DNA from: an archaeon | GTDB taxonomy: Archaea > Hydrothermarchaeota > Hydrothermarchaeia > Hydrothermarchaeales > BMS3B | Assembly (NCBI GenBank): GCA_026989875.1 | Contig: JALSIP010000120.1 | Coordinates: forward strand, 1-36,169 | Length of the DNA stretch: 36,169 nt | Reading direction: 5' to 3' | Part shown: piece by piece, positions 1-8,822 of the stretch | Layout: the number at the start of each line of letters is the position of its first letter | Numbering within the stretch: position 1 is the stretch's first letter | Notes under the pieces: generated by a model | What the model saw: only the letters and a program-made list of their open reading frames with translations | Database searches by the model: none | What the model was told of the DNA's origin: nothing | Position numbers and translations under genes: made by a program

Positions 1-10
1 TGTATATGTC

Positions 11-36
11 AACAGAAAAATATTTAATACTTTCGC
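11..36. promoter_or_regulatory. AT-rich bidirectional BRE/TATA-like element at window edge
   Basis: aacagaaaaatatttaatactttcgc. On the minus strand it reads GCGAAAG-TATTAAATA, the same cGAAAg+TATTTA/TATTAAA pattern seen before several other genes here. On the plus strand it lies about 55-70 nt upstream of the ATG at 85. Confidence 0.35.
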
Positions 37-84
37 AAATAAACTTGCATCGCTCATCGCCTTTTCAGCAGAATTGCCATCAGT

Positions 85-342
85 ATGAGCACCATCGCCA
101 GCCCGGGCAGCCGGTATAATGCTTCTGACAGTTTTAAACCTCCACCAATCTTTGAAAAGCAGGGGGTAATTCTGAGCCAGCAGAACGAGATGCTTGAGAA
201 GCGAGACAGTCAGATTGACATAGCTAAGAGCAGCGACTCCAGGCTTGATTCTATTTCAGGGGCTGAGCATGAGATTATGGAGCTCAGGCGAGAGTTCAAA
301 GAGCTGAAAGAAGCTATAATAAGAGCGGGTATAAAAGTTTGA
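85..342 (+). CDS. hypothetical small protein with predicted C-terminal coiled coil
   Basis: 85-aa ORF with an ATG start. GC is about 47% by hand count, clearly below the neighbouring genes. C-terminal heptad-like EIMELRREFKELKEAIIRAG. No family recognised. Confidence 0.35.
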   Translation: MSTIASPGSRYNASDSFKPPPIFEKQGVILSQQNEMLEKRDSQIDIAKSSDSRLDSISGAEHEIMELRREFKELKEAIIRAGIKV

Positions 343-352
343 AAGGGGTGGC

Positions 353-1411
353 TCATCTGCCACCCAGACCGTGGGCTCTGCCGGGCACGTTGTTGCCCGT
401 GTTGTTGCCTTCCAGCTCCATCATCAGGTGCATTCTGAGCCCGTACCTGCGCATGTCCTCGGCAAGCTCCCTTCCGAGCCTTCCGAGCCCCTTGTGGCCC
501 ATCTCCTCCTCTGCATCCTCAACGCACCGTCTGTAGTTGCCCACCACCACGCCTTCCTGAATCTTCAGCGCCGCCTCAGCCTTTGCCTTGGCTGCCACCG
601 CCATGCCAAAAGCCATGCCGTAGTTTCCAGCATCAAAGGCGTCCTCCGCGGCGTCAAGGTGCTTCTTGGCGTTTATCAGCAGGCGTATCGCTGCCACCTT
701 CCTGCCATCCAGCTCCTCATAGCTGAGGTTCTCTGTTCCCAGTGCCTCCTCAGCGCGCTCTATGGCTTCCTCTGCTCTCTCAATAGCCTTTCTTGCCCGC
801 TCCTCGGCGTTAACCAGCGTCACGTTGACCTTCTCAACCCCCTTCACCCTGAGCCTCTCGCGTATCCTCTCCCGCATCATGTGGGGTGCGGGTATGAGCA
901 CCACCTCCCTGCAGGAGAGGTTCTCCAGAGCCTCTTCCACCTCCTCGGGCACACCCTCAGGCTTCACGAAGAGCAGCGGCATCCCCATTCTCCTGGCATT
1001 CTCCAGAGCCTCCTGGATTCCCTCTTCATCGTAGCCCTCCACCATCACCGCCTTCTCTGCACTTCCCCAGAGCCTCGCCACCAGCGCGGCGGTGTGATAC
1101 CTGTCCCTGCCAGCTAAGCGCCTGACCTCAACGTTGAGCTTCTCAAGCTCCTGCTCCGCATCAGGAACCGCAACCTCACCGCCGACCACGTAAACCACCT
1201 CTGCTCCGCTTGCCTCAATCTGCTCAACCGCCTGCTGGCTCAGCGTTCCCCAGGGAGTCACCACCAGCTCAGCCCCCAGCTTCTCCGCGAGCATCCTCGC
1301 CACGGCGAGGTCTGCGGGGTTATCGGAGACCAGCACAGCCACCTGCTCCTGTGCGAAAACCGGCACACTCAGGAGCAGAACCATTGCAATTGCATACGCA
1401 AACCCCTTCAC
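353..1411 (-). CDS. secreted protein with two cell-wall-binding-repeat-2 (CWB2)-like modules and a coiled-coil segment
   Basis: GTG start at 1411 preceded by GGAGGTGA. Signal peptide MKGFAYAIAMVLLLSVPVFAQE. Two CWB2-like repeats (NPADLAVARMLAEKLGAELVV...VYVVGGEVAV..., RLAGRDRYHTAALVA...). AIERAEEAIERAEEA repeat. Confidence 0.75.
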   Translation of the reverse strand: MKGFAYAIAMVLLLSVPVFAQEQVAVLVSDNPADLAVARMLAEKLGAELVVTPWGTLSQQAVEQIEASGAEVVYVVGGEVAVPDAEQELEKLNVEVRRLAGRDRYHTAALVARLWGSAEKAVMVEGYDEEGIQEALENARRMGMPLLFVKPEGVPEEVEEALENLSCREVVLIPAPHMMRERIRERLRVKGVEKVNVTLVNAEERARKAIERAEEAIERAEEALGTENLSYEELDGRKVAAIRLLINAKKHLDAAEDAFDAGNYGMAFGMAVAAKAKAEAALKIQEGVVVGNYRRCVEDAEEEMGHKGLGRLGRELAEDMRRYGLRMHLMMELEGNNTGNNVPGRAHGLGGR

Positions 1412-1446
1412 TTTCTCACCTCCTGCATATAATCTTAATTTTACAC

Positions 1447-1456
1447 TATTTAAAAT
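1447..1456 (-). promoter_or_regulatory. TATA box candidate for the CWB2-like gene
   Basis: Minus-strand ATTTTAAATA lies 36-45 nt upstream of the GTG at 1411, in a 120-bp AT-rich spacer. Confidence 0.4.
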
Positions 1457-1534
1457 ATCCTGATAAACGCTTTCACCCCCTTCGCCACATGGCAGGTTCA
1501 GCCTTCACATAAATTTGAAAAACTTCACAAGTAT

Positions 1535-2614
1535 TTATTTCCGTTCACTCGCATCTTTTGGTTGCTTTTTTGGAATGTCAACTATGAAAACCGAACCTTT
1601 AGGAGAATTGTCCTCAACCCAGATTCTTCCACCGTGCATCTCCACGATGCTCCTGACGATAGCCAGACCCAGCCCGACGCCTCTCACGCCCTCCTTCTCC
1701 CTCCTCCAGAACCTCTCAAATATCAGCTGCTTGTGCTCATCTGGTATGCCCTCGCCGTAGTCCCTCACCATTATCCTGACGTTTCCGTTCCGCTCTTCAC
1801 CCTCCACCACCACCTCATGCTCCGAGTACTTCAGGGCGTTGGATATGAGGTTGAGAAACACATCCTCCATCAGGTCATCAACCTCAGCCGTGAGCTCGGG
1901 TAATCTGAGCTTTATGCGGTGCTGCTCCTCCGCAAAGACGCTCCTGACAGACTCAAACATGGCTCTGAGGTTGCGCTCCCTGAACTTCATCGCCGTGCCC
2001 CTCTCAAGCCTGGCAAACCTTCTGGCATCCTCCAGCACCTCCTCAATCTTCCGGACGTTTCTGCTGATTATGCCAAGGATTCTGAGCTTGTCGGGGTCTG
2101 TTTCCTTCTCAGCCATCAGCGTGGTGAATCCTCCGATTATAGACACGTAGTTTGACAGGTCATGGCACATTATATCAAGAAACACCCGCTTCTGCGTGTT
2201 TGCCTGCTCAAGCTCCTCCATGGTGCTTCTGAGCTTCTCAGCCATAGTGCGGAAGGAGTCTGCAAGGCTTTCAAGCTCATCTCCCGTCTTAACCTCGGGT
2301 ATGTCCGAGTATTCACCTCTGCTGAGCTTATTTGTGGCTATTCTCAGCCTCTCAACAGGTCCCACAATGCTTGCGGTGAAGAATATCGCTATTATCACCA
2401 CTATGATTATGACGTACACGGTGTAGGTGACAGCCTCCCTGAGAGTCTGCTCAAATATGGCATAGACCATTTGCTCGGACAGTCCTGCCTGAGTTACCAG
2501 CTCCTGCAGAGCCATATAATTCACCAGTGAAATCCTGGCTCCCACGATTATCAGCGGCAGTATTGAGAGGAGCAGGAAGAGCACAAACACCTTGGTGAAG
2601 AGCTTAACCCTCAT
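1535..2614 (-). CDS. membrane sensor histidine kinase (2 TM, HAMP, HisKA, HATPase_c)
   Basis: Two N-terminal hydrophobic helices. HAMP-like IVGPVERLRIATNKLSRGEY. H-box FLDIMCHDLSNY. N-box LISNALKYS. G-boxes VRDYGEGIP and GVGLGLAIV. Confidence 0.9.
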   Translation of the reverse strand: MRVKLFTKVFVLFLLLSILPLIIVGARISLVNYMALQELVTQAGLSEQMVYAIFEQTLREAVTYTVYVIIIVVIIAIFFTASIVGPVERLRIATNKLSRGEYSDIPEVKTGDELESLADSFRTMAEKLRSTMEELEQANTQKRVFLDIMCHDLSNYVSIIGGFTTLMAEKETDPDKLRILGIISRNVRKIEEVLEDARRFARLERGTAMKFRERNLRAMFESVRSVFAEEQHRIKLRLPELTAEVDDLMEDVFLNLISNALKYSEHEVVVEGEERNGNVRIMVRDYGEGIPDEHKQLIFERFWRREKEGVRGVGLGLAIVRSIVEMHGGRIWVEDNSPKGSVFIVDIPKKQPKDASERK

Positions 2615-3597
2615 CCAACCTCACCCAGCAGCACCAGAAGCGTGACCACCACCCAGCCGGCGTAGGCGGTGTGCAGGTATCTCAGGCGGGCTGTTTCCAG
2701 GCTGCCCATGTGGATGCTGAGACCTATGCAGGCGAGCGCCACGCTGAAGGCGAAAGTGGCAAAGGGGCTGAGCAGCATTGCCACAGGCTTAAGCGGCTCA
2801 ACGAAGGAGAACAGCACCGAAAGCGCCAGAAAGGGAGGAATGAAAAGGGGGAAGCTGGGCTTGCCCCTCAGCAGCCAGGGCACCGCCACCGCTGCAGCAG
2901 CTATCATGCTTATCCTGATGCCCTTGAATGCCAGAGCAGACTCCTCAACGCCGCCATAGGAGCTGGCTATCTTCACCAGACCCGTTTGATGCAGGGTTGC
3001 ACCCGCAAGGAAGGCGTAGCTCTCCGGATTAAGATGGAGAACGTCCTTGAGTATGGGTGCAATCATTGCGCCAGTGAGCCCGACGGCGGTGATGGTCATT
3101 ATAGCTATGGAGGCTTCCTCCTTTCTCGCTCTTATCAGCGGGGACAGTATGGCTATGGCAGAGGCGCCGCAGACCGCAGAGCCGGTGGCTATAAGCGCGG
3201 TGAGCCTCCTGCCCATCCCGAACTTCACGCCAAGTGTGAATATTATCAGAAAATACAGTGCCATTACCCATATAATCTCAACGATTCTGTTAACACTCGC
3301 CATTCCAAAGGTGTAGAGGGGTATCTTTGCAGAGTAAAGCACTATTCCTGCGGGGATGGTAAACCGTACGAGAGTGGTTATAGCTTCGTAATTCAGCCTC
3401 TCACCTCCCACCGCAGCCCTCACAGCCATGCCGAGGAGCAGCGACATGAAAAGGGGGTCTATGAACTCAAATCTGACAGAGATAAGATACGCAAGTATGG
3501 CAAGGGACATGGCAACTACTGAAACAATAAGTACATCTCTGATGCTCCCGTCTGCCTTGTGCTGCATCTGCGCCCCCTGATGGGTTTTTGGTATCAC
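2611..3597 (-). CDS. polytopic membrane protein, YeiH/UPF0324-like putative exporter
   Basis: 328 aa with about 10 hydrophobic segments. Overall pattern resembles the YeiH family; family call is tentative. The stop overlaps the kinase start by 4 nt. Confidence 0.7.
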   Translation of the reverse strand: MIPKTHQGAQMQHKADGSIRDVLIVSVVAMSLAILAYLISVRFEFIDPLFMSLLLGMAVRAAVGGERLNYEAITTLVRFTIPAGIVLYSAKIPLYTFGMASVNRIVEIIWVMALYFLIIFTLGVKFGMGRRLTALIATGSAVCGASAIAILSPLIRARKEEASIAIMTITAVGLTGAMIAPILKDVLHLNPESYAFLAGATLHQTGLVKIASSYGGVEESALAFKGIRISMIAAAAVAVPWLLRGKPSFPLFIPPFLALSVLFSFVEPLKPVAMLLSPFATFAFSVALACIGLSIHMGSLETARLRYLHTAYAGWVVVTLLVLLGEVG

Positions 3598-3623
3598 CGC
3601 AATGAGTAGGTATTGCTCCAGTA

Positions 3624-3638
3624 GCTATAAATACCTTT
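3624..3638 (-). promoter_or_regulatory. BRE/TATA for the permease-kinase operon
   Basis: Minus strand reads AAAGGTATTTATAG, about 30 nt upstream of the ATG at 3597. Confidence 0.45.
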
Positions 3639-3665
3639 GGGTATTGGGAGGACAATGAGAGCACG

Positions 3666-3675
3666 AACTGAAAAA
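3666..3675 (-). terminator. oligo-T terminator candidate after the subtilisin gene
   Basis: A T5 run on the minus strand immediately follows the stop codon at 3676-3678. Confidence 0.35.
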
Positions 3676-4959
3676 TCAGGGTGTGGCGCTGTTCAGAGCA
3701 TCCACCACTCCGTATCCGTAAAGGTAGTCCCTGCCCGGCGTGCCCAGGTCCCTGGCATTTGCATCCAGCCATGCCCTGAGCTCATCAGCATCCCAGGCGC
3801 CGTTGCCGTTGAAGTCGTACTCAGGCGCCACCCGTGTTATATCTGTGGAGAGCACCAGCGCCGCCACGCCGGAGACATGGGGTGTGGCTGCCGAGGTTCC
3901 GCTGGCGGTGTAGTAGCCTCCACCCGCCCAGGTGGAATAAACATCCACGCCCGGGGCTGCGAGCTCCACCTCAGCGCCGCTGGCGCTCCACTCCGGCACA
4001 CTGCCTGAGGAATCAACAGCACCCACCGCCACCACGCAGGGATACTTAGCCGGGTACTCCACCTCATCCGTTGAAGCCACGCCATCGCCGCTGTTTCCAG
4101 CCGCCGCCACCACCAGCACTCCCCTCTCGTATGCCCTGTGCACCGCATCATGCAGCGCCTGCGACTCCTGCGGGGTGCCCAGGCTCATGGAAATCACCTG
4201 CATCCCGTTGGCAACCGCCCAGTCTATGCCGGCGATAACATCGCTCTCATATCCCCTGCCCCTCCAGTCAATCACCTTAACCGCATACAGCCACGCCTCC
4301 GGAGCAACCCCAATCACGCCAGCAGAATTATCAGCAGCCGCTATTATTCCAGCAACAAAGGTTCCGTGCCCGTTATCATCGTCCCACGCGCTCGGGTCAG
4401 GTGCACGCCTCGGCGAGGTTGAAACAAAGTTCACCCCGCCCTTCAGGTTTGGTATAAGGTCGGGATGGTCTCTATCTATGCCGGTGTCCAGCACCGCAAC
4501 CTTCACACCCCTGCCAGTGGGCGCGCCCGCATCTACGGCGAGGTCGCCATTTTTATCCCACACTAAGTTAGCCCTGACAAAGGCAACCCCCCAGGGCAGG
4601 ATTTCGGCGGGAGGTGCCTCGGTGCCAGAGGAGGGTCTCCTTGAGCGTGAGGAGCGCAGCAGCCTCACCTCCGCATCCTCCTCCACGTATGCCACACCCT
4701 CAGCCTGCCGCAGCCTGCCCATTGCACTCTCGGGCACCACAGCGCTCACCGCCGGGATTATGCTGTAGCTCCTGATAACCTCCCCCCCGTGTCGCTTAAT
4801 CAGCCCGGCATCCGGGGTGTCCTTGAAAACCACAATAACCCTCTTCTGGGGCTCACCCGCCATGCTGTGAGCTGCCGAAACACCTGCAACAAGAATCAGC
4901 AGCAGCGCCACACCCAGACGCCAGCTCAACCGCCTCTGCCTCCTGCCTCTCCGGCACAA
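3676..4959 (-). CDS. secreted subtilisin-like serine protease (peptidase S8 with I9-type propeptide)
   Basis: Catalytic triad motifs VLDTGID, HGTFVAG and SGTSAATPHVSG. Propeptide VIVVFKD...AYVEED. Signal peptide present. The ORF-track start is a TTG at 4959. A second TTG at 4929 has AGGAGG 9 nt upstream and is the more likely start (MSWRLGVALLLILVAGVSAAHS). Confidence 0.9.
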   Translation of the reverse strand: MCRRGRRQRRLSWRLGVALLLILVAGVSAAHSMAGEPQKRVIVVFKDTPDAGLIKRHGGEVIRSYSIIPAVSAVVPESAMGRLRQAEGVAYVEEDAEVRLLRSSRSRRPSSGTEAPPAEILPWGVAFVRANLVWDKNGDLAVDAGAPTGRGVKVAVLDTGIDRDHPDLIPNLKGGVNFVSTSPRRAPDPSAWDDDNGHGTFVAGIIAAADNSAGVIGVAPEAWLYAVKVIDWRGRGYESDVIAGIDWAVANGMQVISMSLGTPQESQALHDAVHRAYERGVLVVAAAGNSGDGVASTDEVEYPAKYPCVVAVGAVDSSGSVPEWSASGAEVELAAPGVDVYSTWAGGGYYTASGTSAATPHVSGVAALVLSTDITRVAPEYDFNGNGAWDADELRAWLDANARDLGTPGRDYLYGYGVVDALNSATP

Positions 4960-4981
4960 TTTAAGAAAACATTAACATCAT

Positions 4982-5392
4982 TCACATATCCTCAAGCATC
5001 TCCTCAAACTCCTCCAAGTGCCACTCCTCCTCCCTGAGGATGTGCTCCAGCTTAGCCTTCACCTCCGGCAGGTCTATGGCTGAGATGTGCTCCCTGTACA
5101 TCGCTATCGCCTCCTTCTCAAGCTCCACCACCCTGCGCACGAAATCCCTCGGCTCCTTACCTCCGAAGTCAAGCTCGCGGTGGCTCATGCTCGGCTTGCC
5201 TCCGAGCTCAACTATCAGCTCGGAAAGCCACTCAGCATGCCTCATCTCATCCAGCGCAATCTCCTCCAGCCCCCTTGCAGCCCTGCACGCGGCATCTCCA
5301 GCAACAACGGCATTTCGCATGTACACGAGTATAGCCTCAATCTCACCGCTCAGGTCCTGATTGAGCAGCTCCACAACCTTCTCCTTCTCCAT
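4982..5392 (-). CDS. ferritin-like di-iron protein (bacterioferritin-like family)
   Basis: 136 aa four-helix pattern with metal ligands: E in GEIEAILVY, ExxH in DEMRHAEW, E in ELEKEAIAMY, ExxH in EEEWHLEEF. Confidence 0.8.
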   Translation of the reverse strand: MEKEKVVELLNQDLSGEIEAILVYMRNAVVAGDAACRAARGLEEIALDEMRHAEWLSELIVELGGKPSMSHRELDFGGKEPRDFVRRVVELEKEAIAMYREHISAIDLPEVKAKLEHILREEEWHLEEFEEMLEDM

Positions 5393-5420
5393 GAAATCAC
5401 CCCTTTAAGCCTTTGACATT

Positions 5421-5461
5421 CCAGACATAAAAAGGTTGGCTTAGCATGCTGCCATGGCAGC
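5421..5461 (-). promoter_or_regulatory. TATA-like CTTTTTAT plus a perfect 14-bp palindrome upstream of the ferritin-like gene
   Basis: GCTGCCATGGCAGC at 5448-5461 is exactly self-complementary. Minus-strand CCTTTTTATG at about 5425-5436 lies 35-42 nt upstream of the ATG at 5392. The element could also terminate the upstream operon. Confidence 0.35.
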
Positions 5462-5479
5462 GCTGTGTTTTAAAGCCCC

Positions 5480-5977
5480 TCAGAAGTCGGCGTTGAGCAG
5501 CTTCTTCATCACCGGCGAGACCAGCAGCGAGCTCAGTATGTACCAGCCCAGCCATCCCAGGCTGCTCCCGTAAACCGGCAGTTCAAAGGGCAGGTTAACC
5601 ACCGTCCCCTGGGGCATGGTGTACCTCAGCCAGGAGAACAGCAGCAGCAGCGGGAGCATGGTGTAGAGCATGGGCTTGAAGGCATTTGACATCATCTCCC
5701 TCTGCAGCTCAAGCATCTCCCGGTTAATCTTCATCATCTTCTTGGAGTCACCCTCCTTCTGCGCCTTCCTGAGCCTCTCCTGGAGCTGCGGCATCCTCTC
5801 TCTTATGTGCCTCATCCTCTCCCTGTCCACCACCCTGCTGGTGACCAGGGTTATGAAAAGCGAAACCAGCGAGGAGATTATAAGTATGCCTATCATGTAC
5901 CTGTGCTCATTGCCTATGCTGAAAGCCAGTCCAAGGGTTGAGTTGAGCACCGCGTAGAGCGGCTCCAGCGCCTTCAA
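5480..5977 (-). CDS. DUF106 / EMC3-TMCO1-like membrane protein (archaeal Oxa1/YidC-like insertase)
   Basis: Three TM segments flank a charged coiled coil (RMRHIRERMPQLQERLRKAQKEGDSKKMMKINREMLELQREMM). It occupies the canonical position after secY-adk. Confidence 0.85.
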   Translation of the reverse strand: MKALEPLYAVLNSTLGLAFSIGNEHRYMIGILIISSLVSLFITLVTSRVVDRERMRHIRERMPQLQERLRKAQKEGDSKKMMKINREMLELQREMMSNAFKPMLYTMLPLLLLFSWLRYTMPQGTVVNLPFELPVYGSSLGWLGWYILSSLLVSPVMKKLLNADF

Positions 5978-5978
5978 C

Positions 5979-6548
5979 CTATATGCACCTCGCCAGCCTG
6001 TCTCCCGCCTCCTCCAGCATGTTCGTGCGATTCTCCACTATCTCAACCGTTGCTCCCGTAAGCATGGCACAAGCCATAGCCATCGCCCTGTTCATGGTCT
6101 GGTGCAGCTCAATCTCCTCCACGCTGTCCTCGTCCCTCTGTCTGGTCTCATCGCCAGCACGCCTCTCCCTGATCTCCTCCGGCGAAGCCTCAATCAGCAC
6201 TATGCGCGACGGTTTAAGCTCCTCCAGCACCCAGCTCGGCAGACCTGGCAGGAAGCCTCTGGGCGTTTTTATGGTGCAGTGGGTATCCACCACCACATTC
6301 TCCCGCTTTGCAATCTCTGCAATTGCCCTGGCAGCCAGCCTCTGGATGCGCTTCTGCACCTCCGGCTCAAGCTTTCGCATCTCATCCCTGGAGCTCACCA
6401 GATTTTCCCTCTTTGCAATCTCAAACATCTTGTCCCCAAAGTTCACCACCTGAAACTTGGACTCAGCCTTTGCGAGAGCAGCGCTGAGCACCGTGCTCTT
6501 ACCCACACCTGGTATTCCCGTAACCACCACGCACTTCATCTCGCTCAC
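5979..6548 (-). CDS. adkA: archaeal-type adenylate kinase
   Basis: P-loop VVTGIPGVGKSTV, about 190 aa, directly downstream of secY as in most archaea. Confidence 0.9.
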   Translation of the reverse strand: MSEMKCVVVTGIPGVGKSTVLSAALAKAESKFQVVNFGDKMFEIAKRENLVSSRDEMRKLEPEVQKRIQRLAARAIAEIAKRENVVVDTHCTIKTPRGFLPGLPSWVLEELKPSRIVLIEASPEEIRERRAGDETRQRDEDSVEEIELHQTMNRAMAMACAMLTGATVEIVENRTNMLEEAGDRLARCI

Positions 6549-6550
6549 CT

Positions 6551-7909
6551 CTAAAACAGGTCGCCCACCACCCTCCTGAGCATGGGATGAATCTCCATAA
6601 TCTGGTGCTTTGCGATCTCCTCGTAAAGCCTGTAGAGTATGCCCACGGTGAGCAGCACCCCCGTGCCTCCGCCCAGGGCGCCGGTCAGGTCCCCCAGAGC
6701 CGCAAGCGCTCCCACCGAAGCGCCACCCAGCACCGTAACCGCGGGTATGTAGCGCTGCAGCACCCTCTCTATAATCCTGATATCACCCCTGAACCCCGGA
6801 ATCTTCATCCCCCCCTGCTGGAGCTGTCTCGCGACGGTTTTTGCGTCCATGCCTGCGGTCTCCACCCAGAATATTGAGAACAGCACCGACAGCGTTATCA
6901 GCAGCAGCGTGAACACCACCGCATGCACGGGGTCAAAGTCTGGCGTGTATATGGGTCTCGGGAAGGTGAAGAACCTCACCACACCCGTTGCCACGCCTGT
7001 AGCCTGGTCTATTGTTCCAAGCACCGGGTATCCCACCTTCTGGAGCATAGCTGCCCAGAGCTGCACGTTAGCCATGAGTATGCTGGCAAATATAACAGGG
7101 ATGTTGCTGGCGTATATGAACTTTATCGGGTACCTGCCCCTCGCCCCCCTGAACCTGCCGTAGGTCAGAGGGATTTCAACCCGCATGCTCTCAAAGTACA
7201 CCACTATTGCGAACACCACCAGCGTGCCCAGCAGCGGCACTAAGGAGAAGAAGTCGGGATAGCCGTTGAAGAGCGTGTAAAAGAACTTCGGCACTATACC
7301 CGCGGGCGCGCCGCCGCTGAAAAAGGGATTGAAGCCTCTCCAGGCTATCTCCTCGCACACGCCGGCGGCTATGAACAGCCCTATGCCAGAGCCAAAACCC
7401 CAGCGGGACACCACCTCATCCATGTATATAACCAGAGCCCCCGCCGCCACCAGCTGTGCCACTATCAGCACCTGGTACTCCAGCAGGTTCCCCTGGGCTG
7501 GCAGCGCCCCCATGACCACCATCACCACCGCTTCAAACACCGTAAAACCAAAAGAGAGCAGCTTCTGGGTGCCCATGTATATAGCCTTGTCCCTGGGATT
7601 GGAAAGATCAAGGTCTATCAGCTTCCCTCCCACCAGGATCTGCAGTATAATTGAGCCCGTGACAATCGGACCTATGCCCAGGGTCATGAGGGTGCCGAAC
7701 TTGCTCGCCATTATGGTCTGCAGTGCACCGAAGTAGTTTATAGCCCTCTCCTCATCAAGCCCGTAGAGCATGGTATTAGCAAGAAGGAAGTATATCAGGA
7801 GGACGACCACAACCCACTTGAAGCGCTGCTTGAAGCTCAGAATCTCCCTCGGACGCTGAACCTCCGGCAGAGACGTGAGGAGTCCCTCAAACCTGTGCAG
7901 CACACCCAT
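6551..7909 (-). CDS. secY: preprotein translocase subunit SecY
   Basis: 452 aa with 10 TM segments. Typical archaeal N-terminus (LPEVQRPREILSFKQRFKWV) and position after uL15. Confidence 0.95.
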   Translation of the reverse strand: MGVLHRFEGLLTSLPEVQRPREILSFKQRFKWVVVVLLIYFLLANTMLYGLDEERAINYFGALQTIMASKFGTLMTLGIGPIVTGSIILQILVGGKLIDLDLSNPRDKAIYMGTQKLLSFGFTVFEAVVMVVMGALPAQGNLLEYQVLIVAQLVAAGALVIYMDEVVSRWGFGSGIGLFIAAGVCEEIAWRGFNPFFSGGAPAGIVPKFFYTLFNGYPDFFSLVPLLGTLVVFAIVVYFESMRVEIPLTYGRFRGARGRYPIKFIYASNIPVIFASILMANVQLWAAMLQKVGYPVLGTIDQATGVATGVVRFFTFPRPIYTPDFDPVHAVVFTLLLITLSVLFSIFWVETAGMDAKTVARQLQQGGMKIPGFRGDIRIIERVLQRYIPAVTVLGGASVGALAALGDLTGALGGGTGVLLTVGILYRLYEEIAKHQIMEIHPMLRRVVGDLF

Positions 7910-7916
7910 GCCCTAA

Positions 7917-8354
7917 TCACTCCGGCACCACAGCCTCACCGCCTGCCCGGGCGAGCTTCTCGGCGGCTCTTTCAGAGAACTCAGCCGCCTTCACCACAAG
8001 CGCCCTGGTGAGCCTTCCAGTCCCGAGCACCTTAACCTCGCCCATGCCCGTGAGGTCCACCTCAATCCTGCCATCCTCCAGCTCTCTGGCAATGCCGGAC
8101 GCCATGAGCCTCTCTATGCTCTCCTCAATCTCTCCCAGGTTAACGGTGAGCATCTCTCTCCTGGCAGGCGGCTTAAAGCCCCGCCTGCCGAAGTGGTCGG
8201 GCGCATACTTTATAACCCAGGTCCACTTTCCCTTGTGGGTGCCTGCCATGCCCCTGCCCCCCCTGTTGCCGGCACCTCTCGCCTTCTTGTGCGAGCCTCT
8301 TCCGCAGGTTCTTGAGCCCCGCTTCTTGCGTATCTTGCGATGCTTGTGCGCCAT
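7917..8354 (-). CDS. rpl15: 50S ribosomal protein uL15
   Basis: [35 protein letters not shown]...; operon position. Confidence 0.95.
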   Translation of the reverse strand: MAHKHRKIRKKRGSRTCGRGSHKKARGAGNRGGRGMAGTHKGKWTWVIKYAPDHFGRRGFKPPARREMLTVNLGEIEESIERLMASGIARELEDGRIEVDLTGMGEVKVLGTGRLTRALVVKAAEFSERAAEKLARAGGEAVVPE

Positions 8355-8822
8355 CTACCGCATCCTCCTGAGCAGCTCGGATATTCTCTCCCCCCTGTAT
8401 CCCAGCGCTCCTCCCTCAGCAAAGCTCCGCTTTATCTTCCTGTACCCCTTCCTGGGCGGATGCAGCCTGAACACCCGCTTCAGGGCTGGAATGTCTGCAA
8501 GCTCTGCCCTGAACTCCACAAAAGCCTCTGCAAACTCATCTATGCTGCTGTAGGGTGTGTTCTCTCTGACGTAGGCGTCGGTCAGCCTGGTGCCGCCCTC
8601 AAGCTCCCCCCTCTCCCTCAGGAGAAGAGCCACCTCCCGGGCGCCAACCTCGCCCCAGGTAACGTAGTCCTTAACCTTCTGCAGCATTCCCATGTAGGTT
8701 GGGCGGTCATCCACTATAACGCAGTGGTTAACCCTGGTGAGCCTGAGCATCCTGAGCGTGTCCTCAATCCTGGAGTTCACGCCCACCCTGCCTCTCACCC
8801 TAACCACTGCCAGCCGCTTCAT
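8355..8822 (-). CDS. rpl30: 50S ribosomal protein uL30
   Basis: MKRLAVVRVRGRVGVNSRIEDTLRMLRLTRVNHCV...; operon position. Confidence 0.95.
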   Translation of the reverse strand: MKRLAVVRVRGRVGVNSRIEDTLRMLRLTRVNHCVIVDDRPTYMGMLQKVKDYVTWGEVGAREVALLLRERGELEGGTRLTDAYVRENTPYSSIDEFAEAFVEFRAELADIPALKRVFRLHPPRKGYRKIKRSFAEGGALGYRGERISELLRRMR

